A stretch of 64,000 nucleotides of DNA from NCBI GenBank assembly GCA_964016885.1, contig OZ024741.1:152954001-153018000 (forward strand), read 5' to 3'. Shown in pieces: positions 26,590 through 41,224 of this stretch. The notes under the pieces were generated by a model. The model worked only from the letters and a program-made list of their open reading frames with translations. It was not told where the DNA came from and searched no databases. Source of the stretch: Eledone cirrhosa. Its lineage: Eukaryota. Made by a program: the position numbers and the translations under genes. Each line of letters begins with the position of its first letter. The stretch's first letter is position 1.

Positions 26590-27215
26590 GAAGCAAACCA
26601 ACATGCTCGCAGCATTACCGCGGGTGATGGTGAGGCTATGGCAATGAAACAACCAGGCACCCACACGGGTATCACCTGGTGGGGAAAGTCGCTAAATATG
26701 ACAGAAACTTCGTTGTCAGTGGTGCAGCTCCATCAAACGTCTCGGATGTCACAGGATAGAAAAAATAGTTATTTGATAGCTCCCGGTATTTTATGATTTT
26801 ATTCCGTTTGGCAACGGAAAAATTGACCCTCACATTTACCGCCGCATCCATGATGTGGAGGGGGGGGGAGGTCACTGACTGCGGCCTCCCAGATGAAACA
26901 TCTGCCTCTTCCTCGGGGACAAAGGGTAAGACCATATGGTCTCTTCCCATCTGGCTCCAGAACTGAGGAGATATTTACCCGAGCTAGGACCCGCTAAATG
27001 ATCAGGATTAGTTTGGTGTGGCGGGCAAAGCGACTAGCATTCAGGCGGGCAAGACAAACCATGGAGGCCTGTGGAGTTGAGGGGCCTACCACAGCAACTC
27101 TCAGACCCCCACAGACATCAGCTCGCACTCGGAGCTCATCCAGACTGAGAAGACCACCAATGTTGGCCACATGCAGGGCATCAAATCCAGTCGAGGCCAA
27201 CTCTGCCTTCCGTTA
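26590..27215 (-). pseudogene. CRE-clade retrotransposon fragment (zinc knuckle region and RLE endonuclease)
   Basis: Frameshifted motifs RFARH..L, DGKRP.GLTL.P..RGRC.IW, K..KYRELSNNYFFYPV.SETF and W.F...S.TITRGNAASML. Confidence 0.7.
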
Positions 27216-27224
27216 TTCCTTATA

Positions 27225-28555
27225 CAGTGCGGAGCAGATAAATCCAGAAAAAATTAATAGATAATAACAAATTAATAGATAATAACAAATTAATAGATAA
27301 TAACAAATTAATAGATAATAACAAATTAATAGATATAACAAATTAATAGATAATAACAAATTAATAGATATAACAAATTAATAGATAATAACAAATTAAT
27401 AGATAATAACAAATTAATAGATAATAACAAATTAATAGATAATAACAAATTAATAGATATAACAAATTAATAGATAATAACAAATTAATAGATATAACAA
27501 ATTAATAGATAATAACAAATTAATAGATAATAACAAATTAATAGATAACAAATTAATAGATAATAACAAATTAATAGATAATAACAAATTAATAGATATA
27601 ACAAATTAATAGATAATAACAAATTAATAGATAATAACAAATTAATAGATAATAACAAATTAATAGATAATAACAAATTAATAGATAATAACAAATTAAT
27701 AGATAATAACAAATTAATAGATAATAACAAATTAATAGATATAACAAATTCATAGATAATAACAAATTAATAGATATAACAAATTCATATATTTCGATGA
27801 AACTTTATACACAGTTAGGCACAAAATAAGGTACAAAAATCACTCGATGTGGCCATCATCGGCAGCCACCACTTTCTCCAGGCGGGATCAGAAGCTGGAG
27901 CAGGCCTTGGCGACGGCGTCATGTCATTCCCTGGTGGCTGCCTTGAGAGCCTCCTTGGTGTTGTAGGGCCTGCTGTTCACTTCCTATTCCAAGACGCCCA
28001 CACAAATTAGTCGAGAGGATTACTGTCATAAGTGGGACGACCAATGGTACGGCACGTTGGCGAAAAGCCAGGCCTGGATGGTTCTGGCCTTGTGGGAAAG
28101 GATAGAGACCTGTTGAAAGATGTAGGGCCTCCCATTAATCACCCTATCTATCCAGGGCTTGATGTGCTCGTCCAAGAGCATCACGTGGCCGTCGGGGACG
28201 AACTCAACCATCCTGGTGGCGCCATAGTGCTTTGTATTAGTCTTGTGTTCTGGCCTGAAATCATCCTGAATAGTTTGAGGCCCCATATGCCTTTGCAAGG
28301 TCGTAAACCTTGGTTTTAGGGTATTTAAATCATTCAATGATTTCCTTGGCTTTGTGGCAGGTGCGAAGGCTCTCCACAACAGCAGCTCGGTGATCGTATT
28401 CTGAAGATATGGTGATTACTAAACATCTTGTGCGTCAATGGTCAGATTAGCACTGAGGTGTAGTACTTACTAATGGAGCTCTTGAAACCTCGATGCACTG
28501 TGACGTCACGGCGCTGTTTCCACGTAAAAATTCAGGATTTATCTGCTCCACACTG
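27225..28555 (-). mobile_element. Decayed Tc1/mariner (maT/DD37D-like) transposon with intact TIRs
   Basis: TIRs CAGTG(C/T)GGAGCAGATAAATCC.GAA with TA TSDs; transposase remnant RPYIFQQ..SHKARTIQAWL..N...W...N.RPYNTKEALKAA. Confidence 0.85.
27250..27790. repeat. 18-bp minisatellite AAATTAATAGATAATAAC (about 30 copies, with some 16-bp and 15-bp variants)
   Basis: Direct periodicity. Confidence 0.95.
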
Positions 28556-28592
<37 letters not shown>

Positions 28593-28659
28593 AATGAATG
28601 AAGTAATTCCATCGGAAAAGTCCAGGAAAAAAGAGTGCTCTATGTATGCAACAGAGCTT

Positions 28660-28834
28660 AATTATTATTATTATTATGTAATAAACAACATAAGGCAATT
28701 ATTCCATTTACCAGTGGTTTCTTAAAAGCAAAAGGTTTTGCTTTCAATCCTGAGGATTGAAAGAAAAACCTTTTGCTTTTAAGAAACCACTGGTAAATGG
28801 AATAATTGCCTTATGTTGTTTATTACATAATAAT

Positions 28835-28840
<6 letters not shown>
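28660..28840. repeat. Near-perfect ~180-bp palindrome (Penelope-like fold-back tail with the 3' half of an HHR)
   Basis: Arms mirror around CAATCC-TGA-GGATTG; arm reads GAAA-GCAAAA-CC-TTTTGC-TT. Confidence 0.85.
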
Positions 28841-28921
<81 letters not shown>

Positions 28922-28928
<7 letters not shown>

Positions 28929-29189
28929 AAGTAATTAAGTCAAATATTTAAAATTTGGCTTCGTTTATTAAAGATATACTGCTATATATATTTCGGTGAC
29001 AGCCATCATTGGCTGTGACCTCTTCAGGCAGTCCAAATTGGTGTGGTAGAGACAGGTACACATGTTATTAAATGTACTCCGATATGTCCAGGTCACAGCC
29101 AATGATCGCTGTCACCGAAATATATATAGCAGTACTTCTTTAATAAACGAAGCCAAATTTTTAATATTTGACTTAATTACTTTATTTTA
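28922..29189 (-). mobile_element. Short Penelope-like fold-back insert next to (TA)n
   Basis: Inverted arms 28922-29021 and 29090-29189; HHR in the left arm. Confidence 0.75.
28978..29032 (-). ncRNA. Minimal type I hammerhead ribozyme
   Basis: Reverse complement: actgc-CTGAAGA-ggtcacagccaatgatggctgtcacc-GAAA-tatata-TA-gcagt. Confidence 0.85.
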
Positions 29190-29404
29190 CATTACTTCGG
29201 AGTAACCAAACCAGCCTGCGTACTTCGTAGAGTCCTCCAATCTGCATACTGAGGTGTCGGTAAACAACCATCATATACTCGGAATATATATATATATATA
29301 TACAGGGTGCCCCAAGAAATGTATACACACTTTTATTAGAATGCTGTTGAAGTGTGTATACATTTTGTATCCTCTATTTCTCTTTCTCCCTTTCTCCCCC
29401 CCCC

Positions 29405-29450
<46 letters not shown>

Positions 29451-29483
29451 TTTAAAAAAATAGGTGTGACACAAGAGTTGTGA

Positions 29484-29725
29484 TATATTAGTAAAAAGGA
29501 AAAGAAAATGCTGACAAATTTTTCCCAGTGAAAAATAGTTTAATTAGGAATAAGTATAAATTAGTAATAAGTATTGGTTAGTATTCAGTTTTAGTTTTAA
29601 GTTTTTACTTAAAACTAAAACTGAATACTAACCAATACTTATTACTAATTTATACTTATTCCTAATTAAACTATTTTCCACTGGGAAAAATTTGTCAACA
29701 TTTTCTTTTCCTTTTTACTAATATA
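29484..29725. repeat. ~240-bp near-perfect AT-rich palindrome
   Basis: Arms mirror around TTTTAAGT-TTTT-ACTTAAAA at ~29604. Confidence 0.9.
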
Positions 29726-29728
29726 TAT

Positions 29729-30936
29729 ATATTGTTGTGTTTTAGGAGGGTCATGTTGCCAATAAGAAACACACGCACCAATTGCTTTCACTTCAATTTA
29801 TTATAAATTAAATTTATAAATTTAAGAATTTATAAATTTCCGGTTGGTTGGTTGGTTCCTCAACCGGACGGTTGTTCATATATTGTCAAAGTTCTTTCGT
29901 CACTCATGCTGTGACCTCTTCAGTGACTGGGGATTCTTTTCTTTGTTTTTGTGCCTCTCCTTTGTTCTGTCCTACGCCATCTTGTTTTTGTGTGTGTTGT
30001 GTGCTTAGTTTGCGCATGTGTTACATCCGGGTGTCTGTGTGTGTTTATATTCGTTTATTTATTTGTTTATTTACATGTTACTGGTTGGTTGTTTGTTCTA
30101 TGTGTGTGTGTGTTTTCATTTTGTCCTTAATTGTAAGTTGTGATGTTGCTATTCCATTCATGTTTTCTATTTAATTTTGGTTGGAGTTCATTTATGTTTA
30201 TTGCCTCTGTGATTTGTCTAAACATTGCGTCTTTTCTGTGTGTAGATTCTATTTTTATTTCTATGTTCTCTAATTTACCCTTATGTTCTATTTTAGCATG
30301 TTGGTGGAGTACAGATGATTCTTTTCTATCTTGAAGCTCTCACCAGTGTTCATTTATCCGTTCTCCTATACTACGAGCTGTCTCACCTATGTACACTATA
30401 TTCTTATCTCTACATTGTCCTTCAGTACATCTTATGCTATATACTACATTTCTAGTTTTACAGTTAATATGGGGGCTTAGTTTACAGATTATACATTTCT
30501 TATCTATAGAGGGAGGTCTTTGAAAAGGGTATGTATTGCTAATAAGTGTTTTTATGGAGGTACCTAGTCTTTCTACTATCTTAATATTGAGTTTATGTTT
30601 ATCTAGGGCCCTTCTAAATTTGTAAGCTAATTCACCCTGATGTAACACTTGCGCAAACTAAGCACACAACACACACAAAAACAAGATGGCGTAGGACAGA
30701 ACAAAGGAGAGGCACAAAAACAAAGAAAAGAATCCCCAGTCACTGAAGAGTTCACAGAATGTGTGACGAAAGAACTTTGACATATATGAACAACCGTCCG
30801 GTTGTGGAACCAACCAACCAACCGGAAATTTATAAATTCTTAAATTTATAAATTTAATTTATAATAAATTGGAGTGAAAGCAACTGGTGCGTGTGTTTCT
30901 TATTGGCAACATGACCCTCCCAAAGCATAACAATAT
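29729..30936 (-). mobile_element. 5'-truncated Penelope-like element: GIY-YIG endonuclease remnant with inverted pseudo-LTRs
   Basis: ORF 30340-30648 CIIC..NCKTRNVVYSIRC...YIGETARSIGERINEH, continuing past a stop to ..TEAINI..LQPKLN; inverted arms 29729-30027 and 30639-30936, each with an HHR motif. Confidence 0.9.
29885..29927 (-). ncRNA. Minimal HHR motif in the Penelope pLTR (inverted copy at 30739-30781, +)
   Basis: gtca-CTGAAGA-ggtcacagcatgagtgac-GAAA-gaac-TT-tgac. Confidence 0.6.
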
Positions 30937-30990
30937 CGGTTTCAACACACGTTTTCAGATAAAGAATCTTGCTAAACAAATTCAGAAACG

Positions 30991-31028
<38 letters not shown>

Positions 31029-31167
31029 TTATATATATATATATATGTGTGTGTGTAAAACGGGAGGTTATACCCCAAGTTGGTAGAGCACTCAGTCCAA
31101 AGGACGAGTTTGGTATAGAGTTGACCCTCTTTCTCCCTCTCACTCTCTCTCTCTCTCCCTCTCTCTC

Positions 31168-31204
<37 letters not shown>

Positions 31205-32080
31205 ATTTACCTAACTAATTTATCTATAAATCTACCTACCTAACAATTACCTATCTAGCTACGCCCTCTCTCTCCCCCCTCTCTCTATCTCTATCTCTCC
31301 CTCTCTCTCTTTCTATCTCCCCTTTCCACATCCGTGTCACCTATCTCAGCACCTTGCATTACTTTTTACCTGCTACTCCTCCACCTTTCCTTCTTGCTCC
31401 TCTGACCCCCCCCCTTTTCTCTCTCTCTATCCATCTAATTCAATCTGACTGTCTCCTCCTCAACCCCTATGTAACTATATCCTTTCTCTCTCCCCCAGCC
31501 TGATCTACTCTCTCTCTCTCTCTCTACCTACCTACCTACGGTTGTCTGACTCACCGGACCCTTTCAACCAGACATTCCTTCGTTAAAACTAATAAACTTC
31601 AGGGTTTCCTATTTAATCTCTCAATGTTTTTCATTCATTCTTTCACTCTCTCGTTCCTTCCTTCTTTTCAGCCACGTTTTTTCTCTTTCTTTTTTCCTTT
31701 CTTTTCTCATCGACATTCTTCCCCCTTGACCTTGCCCTCGTTGCCTTTCTCTCTCATTTCCTCTTCTCCCGTTCTCTCTCGCACTCTCTATTTCTCACTC
31801 TCTTTTCCCTTTCTTCCTTTCTCACCTCCTCTCCTTCTCACACGTACACACGCGCATACACACACACACATATATATACACGCACACACATATATACGCG
31901 CCCGTGCATGCAGTAAATCACGCACGCAAACACGCATACACACGCACACATACACACACACACACAATACGTACACAATGACACACACACACACATACAT
32001 ACTTGTTCAAAAGAATCACATAATCACAGGTGCATTCATGTCTAGTTTACGACCAATCTTAATATTATTACTTGACTAAG

Positions 32081-32310
32081 GGGCGGTGGATTGGCAGTAT
32101 CAGTAGAGGGTCGGACGCCATGCTTTGCAGCATAGAGTTACGGCCCTTTATGATTTGAGTTCAAAACCCGCCGAGGTTAACTTTGCCTTTCATCCTTACG
32201 GGGTCGATAAAATAAAGTACCAGTCACGCACTGGGGTTGATTTAATCGACCCCCTCCCCCCCAAAAAAAAATAACAAATTGCTGGACTTGTGCCTATATA
32301 AGAAACCATT
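32081..32310 (+). mobile_element. Full-length family A SINE
   Basis: GGGCGGTGGATTGGCAGTATC head, B-box, body and tail. Confidence 0.85.
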
Positions 32311-32928
32311 ATTACTTGGCTACTTAGTTACTGGGTGTGGGGCTCAGAAACAGAGACAGACAATCATATCTGGTAATTTCTTTATCGACCCTCGAATGAC
32401 GAAAGGCTAAGTTGGCCTCGACTGGATTTGAACTCAGAATTATCTGGTTTGTGTCAAGTTGTGTTTCCCAGATTCATATACACATATATATGTATATAGA
32501 GAGAGGGGTGAAACAGAGAGGGAGAGAGAAAGAGGGGAGTGTGTGTGTATGTGTATATATGTATGTGTGTGTATGTTGACATTACTTACTGGCAATGATC
32601 TCAACATATTACAAACAGAATAGATGAAAGTTTGAGGTGTTCCGCTCATTTCCAGGATATAGAACGATCACACTCTACTTTGAATATTAGGAACATCCCA
32701 AGCACGTTACCCAGCAGTTGGCGCCCCGGACCACTGCCACTACTTTCAGTCACTTCCGATTATTGGGGATTTTTTTCTTGTTGGACATTTAGAGTTACAT
32801 TTATTGTTCTTGCTGATTTCGAGCCTTTTTAGTCGATGTAATCCACAATTTGTGTAGTGAGTCGTCTTTGTATTGTCCCAAACGTTTGAGACCCTTATAC
32901 CTAGTAAAAGAAATAAATTAGAGGTTTA

Positions 32929-33495
32929 GTGGCGGGTAAAAGCGATGACGTTCTTGGGGACACTCTGGGTGTCGATGAAAATCAATTAGTCACTCTTTTC
33001 TGGAGAACTTTCAGTTCAAGGCCCCTTGATAATTTCCAGAAATCCTTGGCCGGAGAGTATTGCCAGTTTGAGATAAACTCTACATGCATGGAAGTGTCGT
33101 CAGCCAGGCCTGGCCGAGATGCGCGCTTGACGTCGAAACTGTCCTTCACTCATTCGTTGAGTGCCCGAGTATTGCTGACTTGTGGGTTTATGTCGAACAC
33201 CTATTGTCTAATTGATATAGTGATACCTCAAGACCACAATGTGGCTGAAAAGGAAAAGGAAAATATCAATAAATATGCAGACCTTGCAGATGCTATTAAA
33301 ACTGAGCACCATGTAGAGACAAAAGTCGTGCCAATCGTCATTGGAGCGCTAGGAACAGCCCCTAAACGTCTTACATCTTTCATCAAAAGGCTTGGAATTC
33401 CCGGCTTAATAGGTAGTGACCAAATTTCTACCATCACTAGTACTGCAAGAATCCTACTCGATATATTGAGCCTCAGAGAGCAGGGACTGATCTGA
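32929..33495 (+). pseudogene. Chimeric retroelement remnant: Tx1 ORF2 3' fragment joined to an R4/Dong-type RLE C-terminus
   Basis: KSDDVLGDTLGVDENQL..LF.RTF...PLDNFQKSLA matches the Tx1 at ~10240-10345; then IDIVIPQDHNVAEKEKE.I.KY.DL...VVPIVIGALG...STARIL. Confidence 0.75.
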
Positions 33496-34154
33496 GGCCA
33501 ATTAATATGCTTCACCTAGCAACTGATTGCTAGAGAGACCTTACAAAAAAGGGAAACAAATCATTTAAAAATAATTTGGAAATCTTTCGTTTTACGATCA
33601 CAAAAACTTCCAGTAATTCCTGTGAGTGAAAATATCAATTATTTGTTTTTGTTTTAATTTTATTAACATAATAGTAACACAAAAAGGTGTAATTTGAGGA
33701 AGATTTGGCAATTATTTCTAGATAGCAACTACCCTGTTGTAGTCTGAGTAAATGCACACTAGTGGGTTCGATCCAAGTTCCTTTACCAAGGTTTCAGGTC
33801 GACCAAAGTCTTGTGAGAAAAATTGGTTCAGCGGAAACTGTGAAAGCCCATCGGATGGATTGTAACTGTAATTCAAAGGACCGACCTCATACACGGTGTT
33901 ATACTGATTCAGCGGGAGGATTATGTTCAGGGTACAAGTGTCTATGATATTCTGAGCCATTTACACTATAATTCAGCGAGTAGGTAGTTCAGTTGATGTA
34001 ACAGCTGGAATAGTCATCGTCGAAACCAATGAAGACTCATTTATTATAGGATAGGAAGAGTAGGAGGTGACGTAGTGCAGTTGAAAAATCTTCGGGTTTC
34101 TAAACAGATAGAAAGAAACAGCAATAAACTTTGAAAAATAAGACAAAATAATAG

Positions 34155-34340
34155 TTTCTAATTTAGGCACAAGGCCAACAATTTTGGGAGAGGAGAAAGT
34201 CAATTGAATCGACCCCAGTGCATTACTGGTACTTTATTTTTTCAATCCCGTAAGGATGAAAGGCAAAGCTAACCTCGGCGAGATTTCAATTCAGATCATA
34301 AAGGGGCGTAACCCTATGCCATAAAGCATGTTGTCCGACG
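34155..34340 (-). mobile_element. Family A SINE
   Basis: Reverse-complement match to family A. Confidence 0.8.
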
Positions 34341-35581
34341 AAATGGCAGCTAGAGAAGGGAGGGCTGAGAAAGAAAGCGAGATGGTATAATGTAGTGTGT
34401 GATAGGGAGAGTTGTAAAAAGAGTAAGTATTATATATAAGAACGGAAAAGAGAAATGATAGAAGAGGATAGAATTTTTAGTAAAACGTGCTTGTGGCGAC
34501 ATAACAGAGACAGAGAAGCTAGAGGTTCAATGACGGGAACCTATTGGATGGAATGACTTCTTTATAGTCATTCGAACAATCTGCTAAAAATAGCAACCAA
34601 AGCCTGCTTCAATTTCATTCTCAACTGACTTTAAGAAAATTAAGTAAGTTGTATGTCTTATTGAGTGGTTAAGGAGTTCACTTCGCAACCAATAGGTTCT
34701 AGATTCAGTCCAGCTACCTTGGAGAAGTATCTTTGGGTTAACCGATGTCTTGTGAATGGAATTTTGTAGACGGAAATTATAGAAACGAACTCCTTAACTA
34801 TTTGGACACAGTGTGTTCACAAGATTTACCATTATTCAATACACTGTAATAGATTTTCTAAAATTCCAAAACACCGGCTTCTGAGAATCAATACCAAATT
34901 TGGAACAGTCCTCCGAGATTTAGTGTTTACAAGAACTTTATTTAGTGTCTACAGGATTATATAATCTAAGGTCTCCTTCGAGACAATAAAACGTTGGATA
35001 CATTGCTTTGTGGTGTTTATTCTGGTTCTCTACGCTCCGAACTCAAATCTGCCCGTCCGACTTTGCCTTTCATCCTTTCGGGGTCGATAAATATAGTACC
35101 AGTTCAGTACCGAGGCTGGTTTTCCCCTCTTTCTTTCTCTGGAAGAAATGCTTTGTGTTGCGAGCTGAAGAGGGATGGACTCTGCCAGGATTTAAATGAT
35201 TAAGACGGTGCTCCTATAACTCCACTAAGAATTAAGGGCTCTAGTGTCTCCTTCACGTATTTAACACGATACGGATGATTGAAATGAGCTTACGTTGCTA
35301 TTTCTTGCAAATCGAATTATCATACAGAAGCTCACTCATTAGCTTGTAAACCTCCTGCGGTTTATCTACCTGATCTAATTTCATAGTGAGACACGGTATG
35401 TTTATTAAACATATGGCTATGACTCCCAGAGTACAGAATATATCTAATTATAACAATACTGTATTAATACTCTCTCTCTCTCTTTTTCTCTCTCCCCCTC
35501 TCTCTCTATATATATCTCTCTCCCCTCTCACTCTCTCTCTCTACACACACACATGCACACATACACACGCACACACACGCG

Positions 35582-35639
<58 letters not shown>

Positions 35640-35697
35640 ATTGAAAAAGGGAAGAATAACATGGTCAATAGTACAAAAAAAAAGGGATTTATTTACA

Positions 35698-35803
35698 GTC
35701 TAACAATTGTTTCACTGATTAAGTTCTCTAAAAATTGCTGAACACTAGAAGCAGTGCCACTCAATTTCAAATACGATGTTAGCTTAATCAGATCATCAGA
35801 GAC
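35698..35803 (-). ncRNA. Type I HHR motif with a long stem II insertion, inside a fold-back insert (35638-35860)
   Basis: gtct-CTGATGA-tctgattaag...cttaatcagt-GAAA-caattg-TT-agac. Confidence 0.7.
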
Positions 35804-36008
35804 AACTCTGATGATCCGATTTTGTACTATTGACCATGTTATTCTTCACTTTTTCAATTTTATTATTCCAAGGAATACAATTGAAATCATAAACTCGCCA
35901 CCTACGTAAACCTCTTGTTGAGTCAAACAACGCCGTACGCTAAAACTATCCATAATAAGTATTCAAAACCTCTAACTGGATTACCTATAACGATATTTTG
36001 TTATCCCT

Positions 36009-36095
<87 letters not shown>

Positions 36096-36869
36096 AGTTT
36101 TCGCTCCGACAGAGCTGTATACATATGATTATGTGTATTTTGTGTATCTAATTATATACAACTTGTTTACGAATAAACATTTGAAAGCCTTTAGCTATGA
36201 ATTTTGGAATCTGGTGACATAACGCCATCTAGAAAATTCCAGCTGAAGCAGGTAAGGGTAACTACGCATGATCGTTTCTGACTGCCATCATTCTATTTTA
36301 TTGAAATATAAATAATTATCTACATTGAGGCGACTATATTTTCAAATGAAAAAAATATGTATGTGTGTATGAGTGTGTGTTTTTTGCAATTCCAACACAC
36401 TACCCAACATACCAAAAACAAAGTTAAATAGGAAAACATTAACAAACAATACGATGGTATTATACAAAATCCTGAGCAAAAGTAGGTGATTAATTTTGGA
36501 AGCAATGCTTATATGGTAATTTGGGGTCAATATCAATGTCCAGTATGGTGTCAGTCACATGAGCAGCATGCACACACCATCAACACGTAACTTGCGGTGT
36601 GTGTATTTAACGGTCAAGTGAAAACCAGAGATTGATGGCGAGGCAAGAACTACATACAATTTCATCAAATACATGTGCCTATTATAAAAGAGTCAGCAAA
36701 AGTAATCCAACGACACTGTTGATGATGAGACCGTGAGGGTCTGGAAATGTTGACAAAATGATTGTCTGAATAAAATTGTTGTCTTAAATGAACTGTAGAG
36801 GTCGTATTAGGAAATATTAGAAGATTCTAATAATAAGGAAATCGAAATTGGAAAGTAGTCGTGTTTTTA

Positions 36870-38290
<1,421 letters not shown>

Positions 38291-38415
38291 AGAAAACAAC
38301 GGCGCAGGAAAAGGAGACCATTGTAGTCGTTGCGCATGTGCAGCATCGATCCTCTAAAGACGTTCTAACAGTGACAACCCATCCTCTTATTTTATATCCA
38401 GAACTAAATTATCTA

Positions 38416-38747
38416 CTCTCGGGTCCCAAATAATAAGGGGCGTTAAAATAAGCGAAGGGAGGGAGGTGATTTTTTTTTCTAGGTTGTCTCCCTTTATTGA
38501 AACCGCAACCCAAATTATTTATATTATGAGGTATGAGGTTTCTTGATTTTCTTGTCATGTATAATTCTTTTGATGTCTAAAGAAAATTAATTGTCGCAGG
38601 AATGCTGCCACTTAAAATAAAATTTCGCCGGAGATAGATCAGCAGAATTTAATAAGCAGGGGTCGGAGTGAAATATGAGCGGAAGGTGTGGAAAAAATCT
38701 GAAAAATCGAGAAGCGGGAGCGGAGACGATTATTCGAGACCCGAGAG
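38416..38747. mobile_element. MITE with TA TSD
   Basis: TA-CTCTCGGGTCCCAAATAAT ... ATTATTCGAGACCCGAGAG-TA. Confidence 0.8.
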
Positions 38748-38982
38748 TAATTCAACCTTACTCATATAATACCCCTTCAGTCTTATACAAATATCTGACT
38801 AATTAGTATTAATGTGGGGTTAGAATAACACGCAAGGTTTACACAAGGGTATCCAACGACACAGGGGAGGCGCAAAAGCCTTACAAACTTGTTCAAGCAC
38901 ATCCCTGACAGGTTTCCCCCAAGATTTTCCGAGTGCACCAATGTGGTCTTCGACAAATCACTGCGCGACATTGTATTTAGAC

Positions 38983-39266
38983 CAGGGGCGTGCAACAGGT
39001 CAGAGTGACCAGCGATGACCATTTTTAATTTTTGCATTGTAGGCTTATTTAGAATTTTTTTCGTAACCGTAATACAATTTTTTGTTAGTTGACCTATACT
39101 AAAGGGCTTCACTGATAGGGTTATGTGTGTTATAATTTCCCAATTCCAAGTTATGGAAAGAAATTGTGGTGAATCTTTGGAATAGTGCTTAATAAATATT
39201 AATGACCCTAATAGTTGTTCCAATGTTCAAAAGTGGCCCGCCAATGGAATATGTTGCACACCCCTG
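38983..39266. mobile_element. Non-autonomous hAT (Charlie-like) element
   Basis: TIRs CAGGGGCGTGCAAC / GTTGCACACCCCTG; perfect 8-bp TSD ATTTAGAC. Confidence 0.9.
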
Positions 39267-39274
39267 ATTTAGAC

Positions 39275-39430
39275 CCTTCGGAGGAACCTAATTTCGGTTG
39301 CTTGTATTTGCGATCGTATTCTTTCGGTCATTACCCAAGATTCTTGACCATAGGTAAGGGTCGGGACGAATACTGAATTGAAGATAGTGAGTTTGGTTTT
39401 TACACCTACATCCCTTCTTCTGTGAGCCGA
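39275..39430 (-). pseudogene. RTE-clade LINE fragment (post-RT region)
   Basis: KTKLTIFNSVFVPTLTYGQESWVMTERIRSQIQATEIRFLRRV. Confidence 0.8.
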
Positions 39431-41224
39431 TTGCTGAGGCGGTGGATGTGTGGGGATGGGGGAGATGGCACTGCGGGGGCACAGGGGGAAGGGCATGACC
39501 CCTCCCCTCCCCAATAATTATATTTTTCTCCCCGAACTACGAAAACACACGTCTATTTGTATATGCGCTACAATGTATGTCCATGTTATGTAGAGACAGT
39601 TGGGAGATATAGATATAGATATAGTGAGAGAGGGTGAGTTTGGTGGTAATTGATATAAAGAGGAAGGTTGGGAGAGTGTGTTATATATTAGATATAGAGA
39701 GGGGGAGGGATTGATGTTTATTGATACAGAGACATTTGAAGAGAGTTCCGTGTAGTAGATGTAGAGAGGGGGAGAGTTTGGTGCTAATTGATATAGAGAG
39801 GGGGATTGGGAGAGAACGTTGCATGTTTGATGTAGAGAAGGGGGGGGGGGTAATGAATAGTGTGAGAGGATTGATAGAGATAGGTATTGATAAATATAGG
39901 GGGGGGAGTTTGGTGTTAATTGATATGAGAGGGAAAGAGTTTGATGCTAATTGAGATAGAGAGGGGGATTGGAAGAGAATACCATGTAGTAGATATAGAG
40001 AGGTGGAGAATTTGGTGGTGGTAGATATACAGAGAAGGATAATGGGAGAGTGCCGTGTAGAAGATATAGTGAGAGTGATAGTTTAGGGGTGATTGATATA
40101 CAGAAGGGAGTTGGGAAAGATAAATGTAGATATTTATAGAGAGTGAGAGAGTGTATGAGTCTTTGATATAGAGAGTGGGATAAGAGAGGCGGTGTCGTGG
40201 TAGATATAGAGAGGGGTAGAGTTTGGTTTTAGTAGATACAGAGAGGGGTATTAAAAGAGAGTTTTGTGTGATAGACATAGAGAGGGGTAGAGTTTCGTGG
40301 CTCTCCGGGTCCCAAATAATAGGAAGGGTGGCAATAATGGTGTGGGGGAGGGCTTGGGAAATCAGTAATTGTATAGTGTACGTTCGTAAATTGGGATTTC
40401 TTGTTATGTTCTTCATATATAATTTTTTTTTAATTATTAGAGTTTCCAGCTGCTGTATCAATATGAATCACTTACATTAGAATTTCGCCGGAGATAGATT
40501 AGCAAAATTTGATAAGCGGGTGGGTGGGAGAATAAAAACCGGGGTGGGGAGATCTGACAAATTAATAAGTGGGGGTGGGACGATTATTCAAGACCTGAGA
40601 GTACGCGAATTATTGGCGGACGTAAGAATGAAAACTCAATACCGAAATAGCGTTTAAATATTCATTTATTATAGCTAAGCCTTGTTATCGGGAGTCCCAC
40701 CTGCGTACTCACCAGACAAGACTGGTGATCCTGGGAGTGCGCCGTTGAAACTTTAGAGTAATGAAGCTCACCAATAGCCATAATAAATGCATGGCCTCAG
40801 CCGGATGGCTGAAACAGGTAAAAGAGTAAAAGAGTATGTGTGTGTGTGTGTGTATAAGAGATGAATAAATTGGGTATAATACCAGTTTCTTACCAAATAC
40901 GAAGAAGCTCGATATTAACCCTTTAGGAAAGGGCACAGAGAATAATTTTTTTTTCAATTATATATATATACAATGGCGGTGGAACTGAGGGTGGGGCATG
41001 CCCCCCCCCCCCCCTTCAATAATTATATTTTCTCTCCAAACTACCAAAACACACATATATTTGGATATACGGTACAATTTATGTACATGTTATGTTTATC
41101 GCATATCGAAGTTTTCTGACCATTTTAGAGTGTAAATAGCTAAACTAATCACTACAACTAAATTGACCAAATTTGATATTTTGATAATGTCAGCCCCGTG
41201 TGGTTAAGAAAACATTACTATTAT

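Noticed and set aside
36714-36757. ATGATGA-GACC-GTGAG-GGTC-TG-GAAA, a possible HHR
   Set aside because: Core and stems I/III too degenerate; at most a decayed remnant
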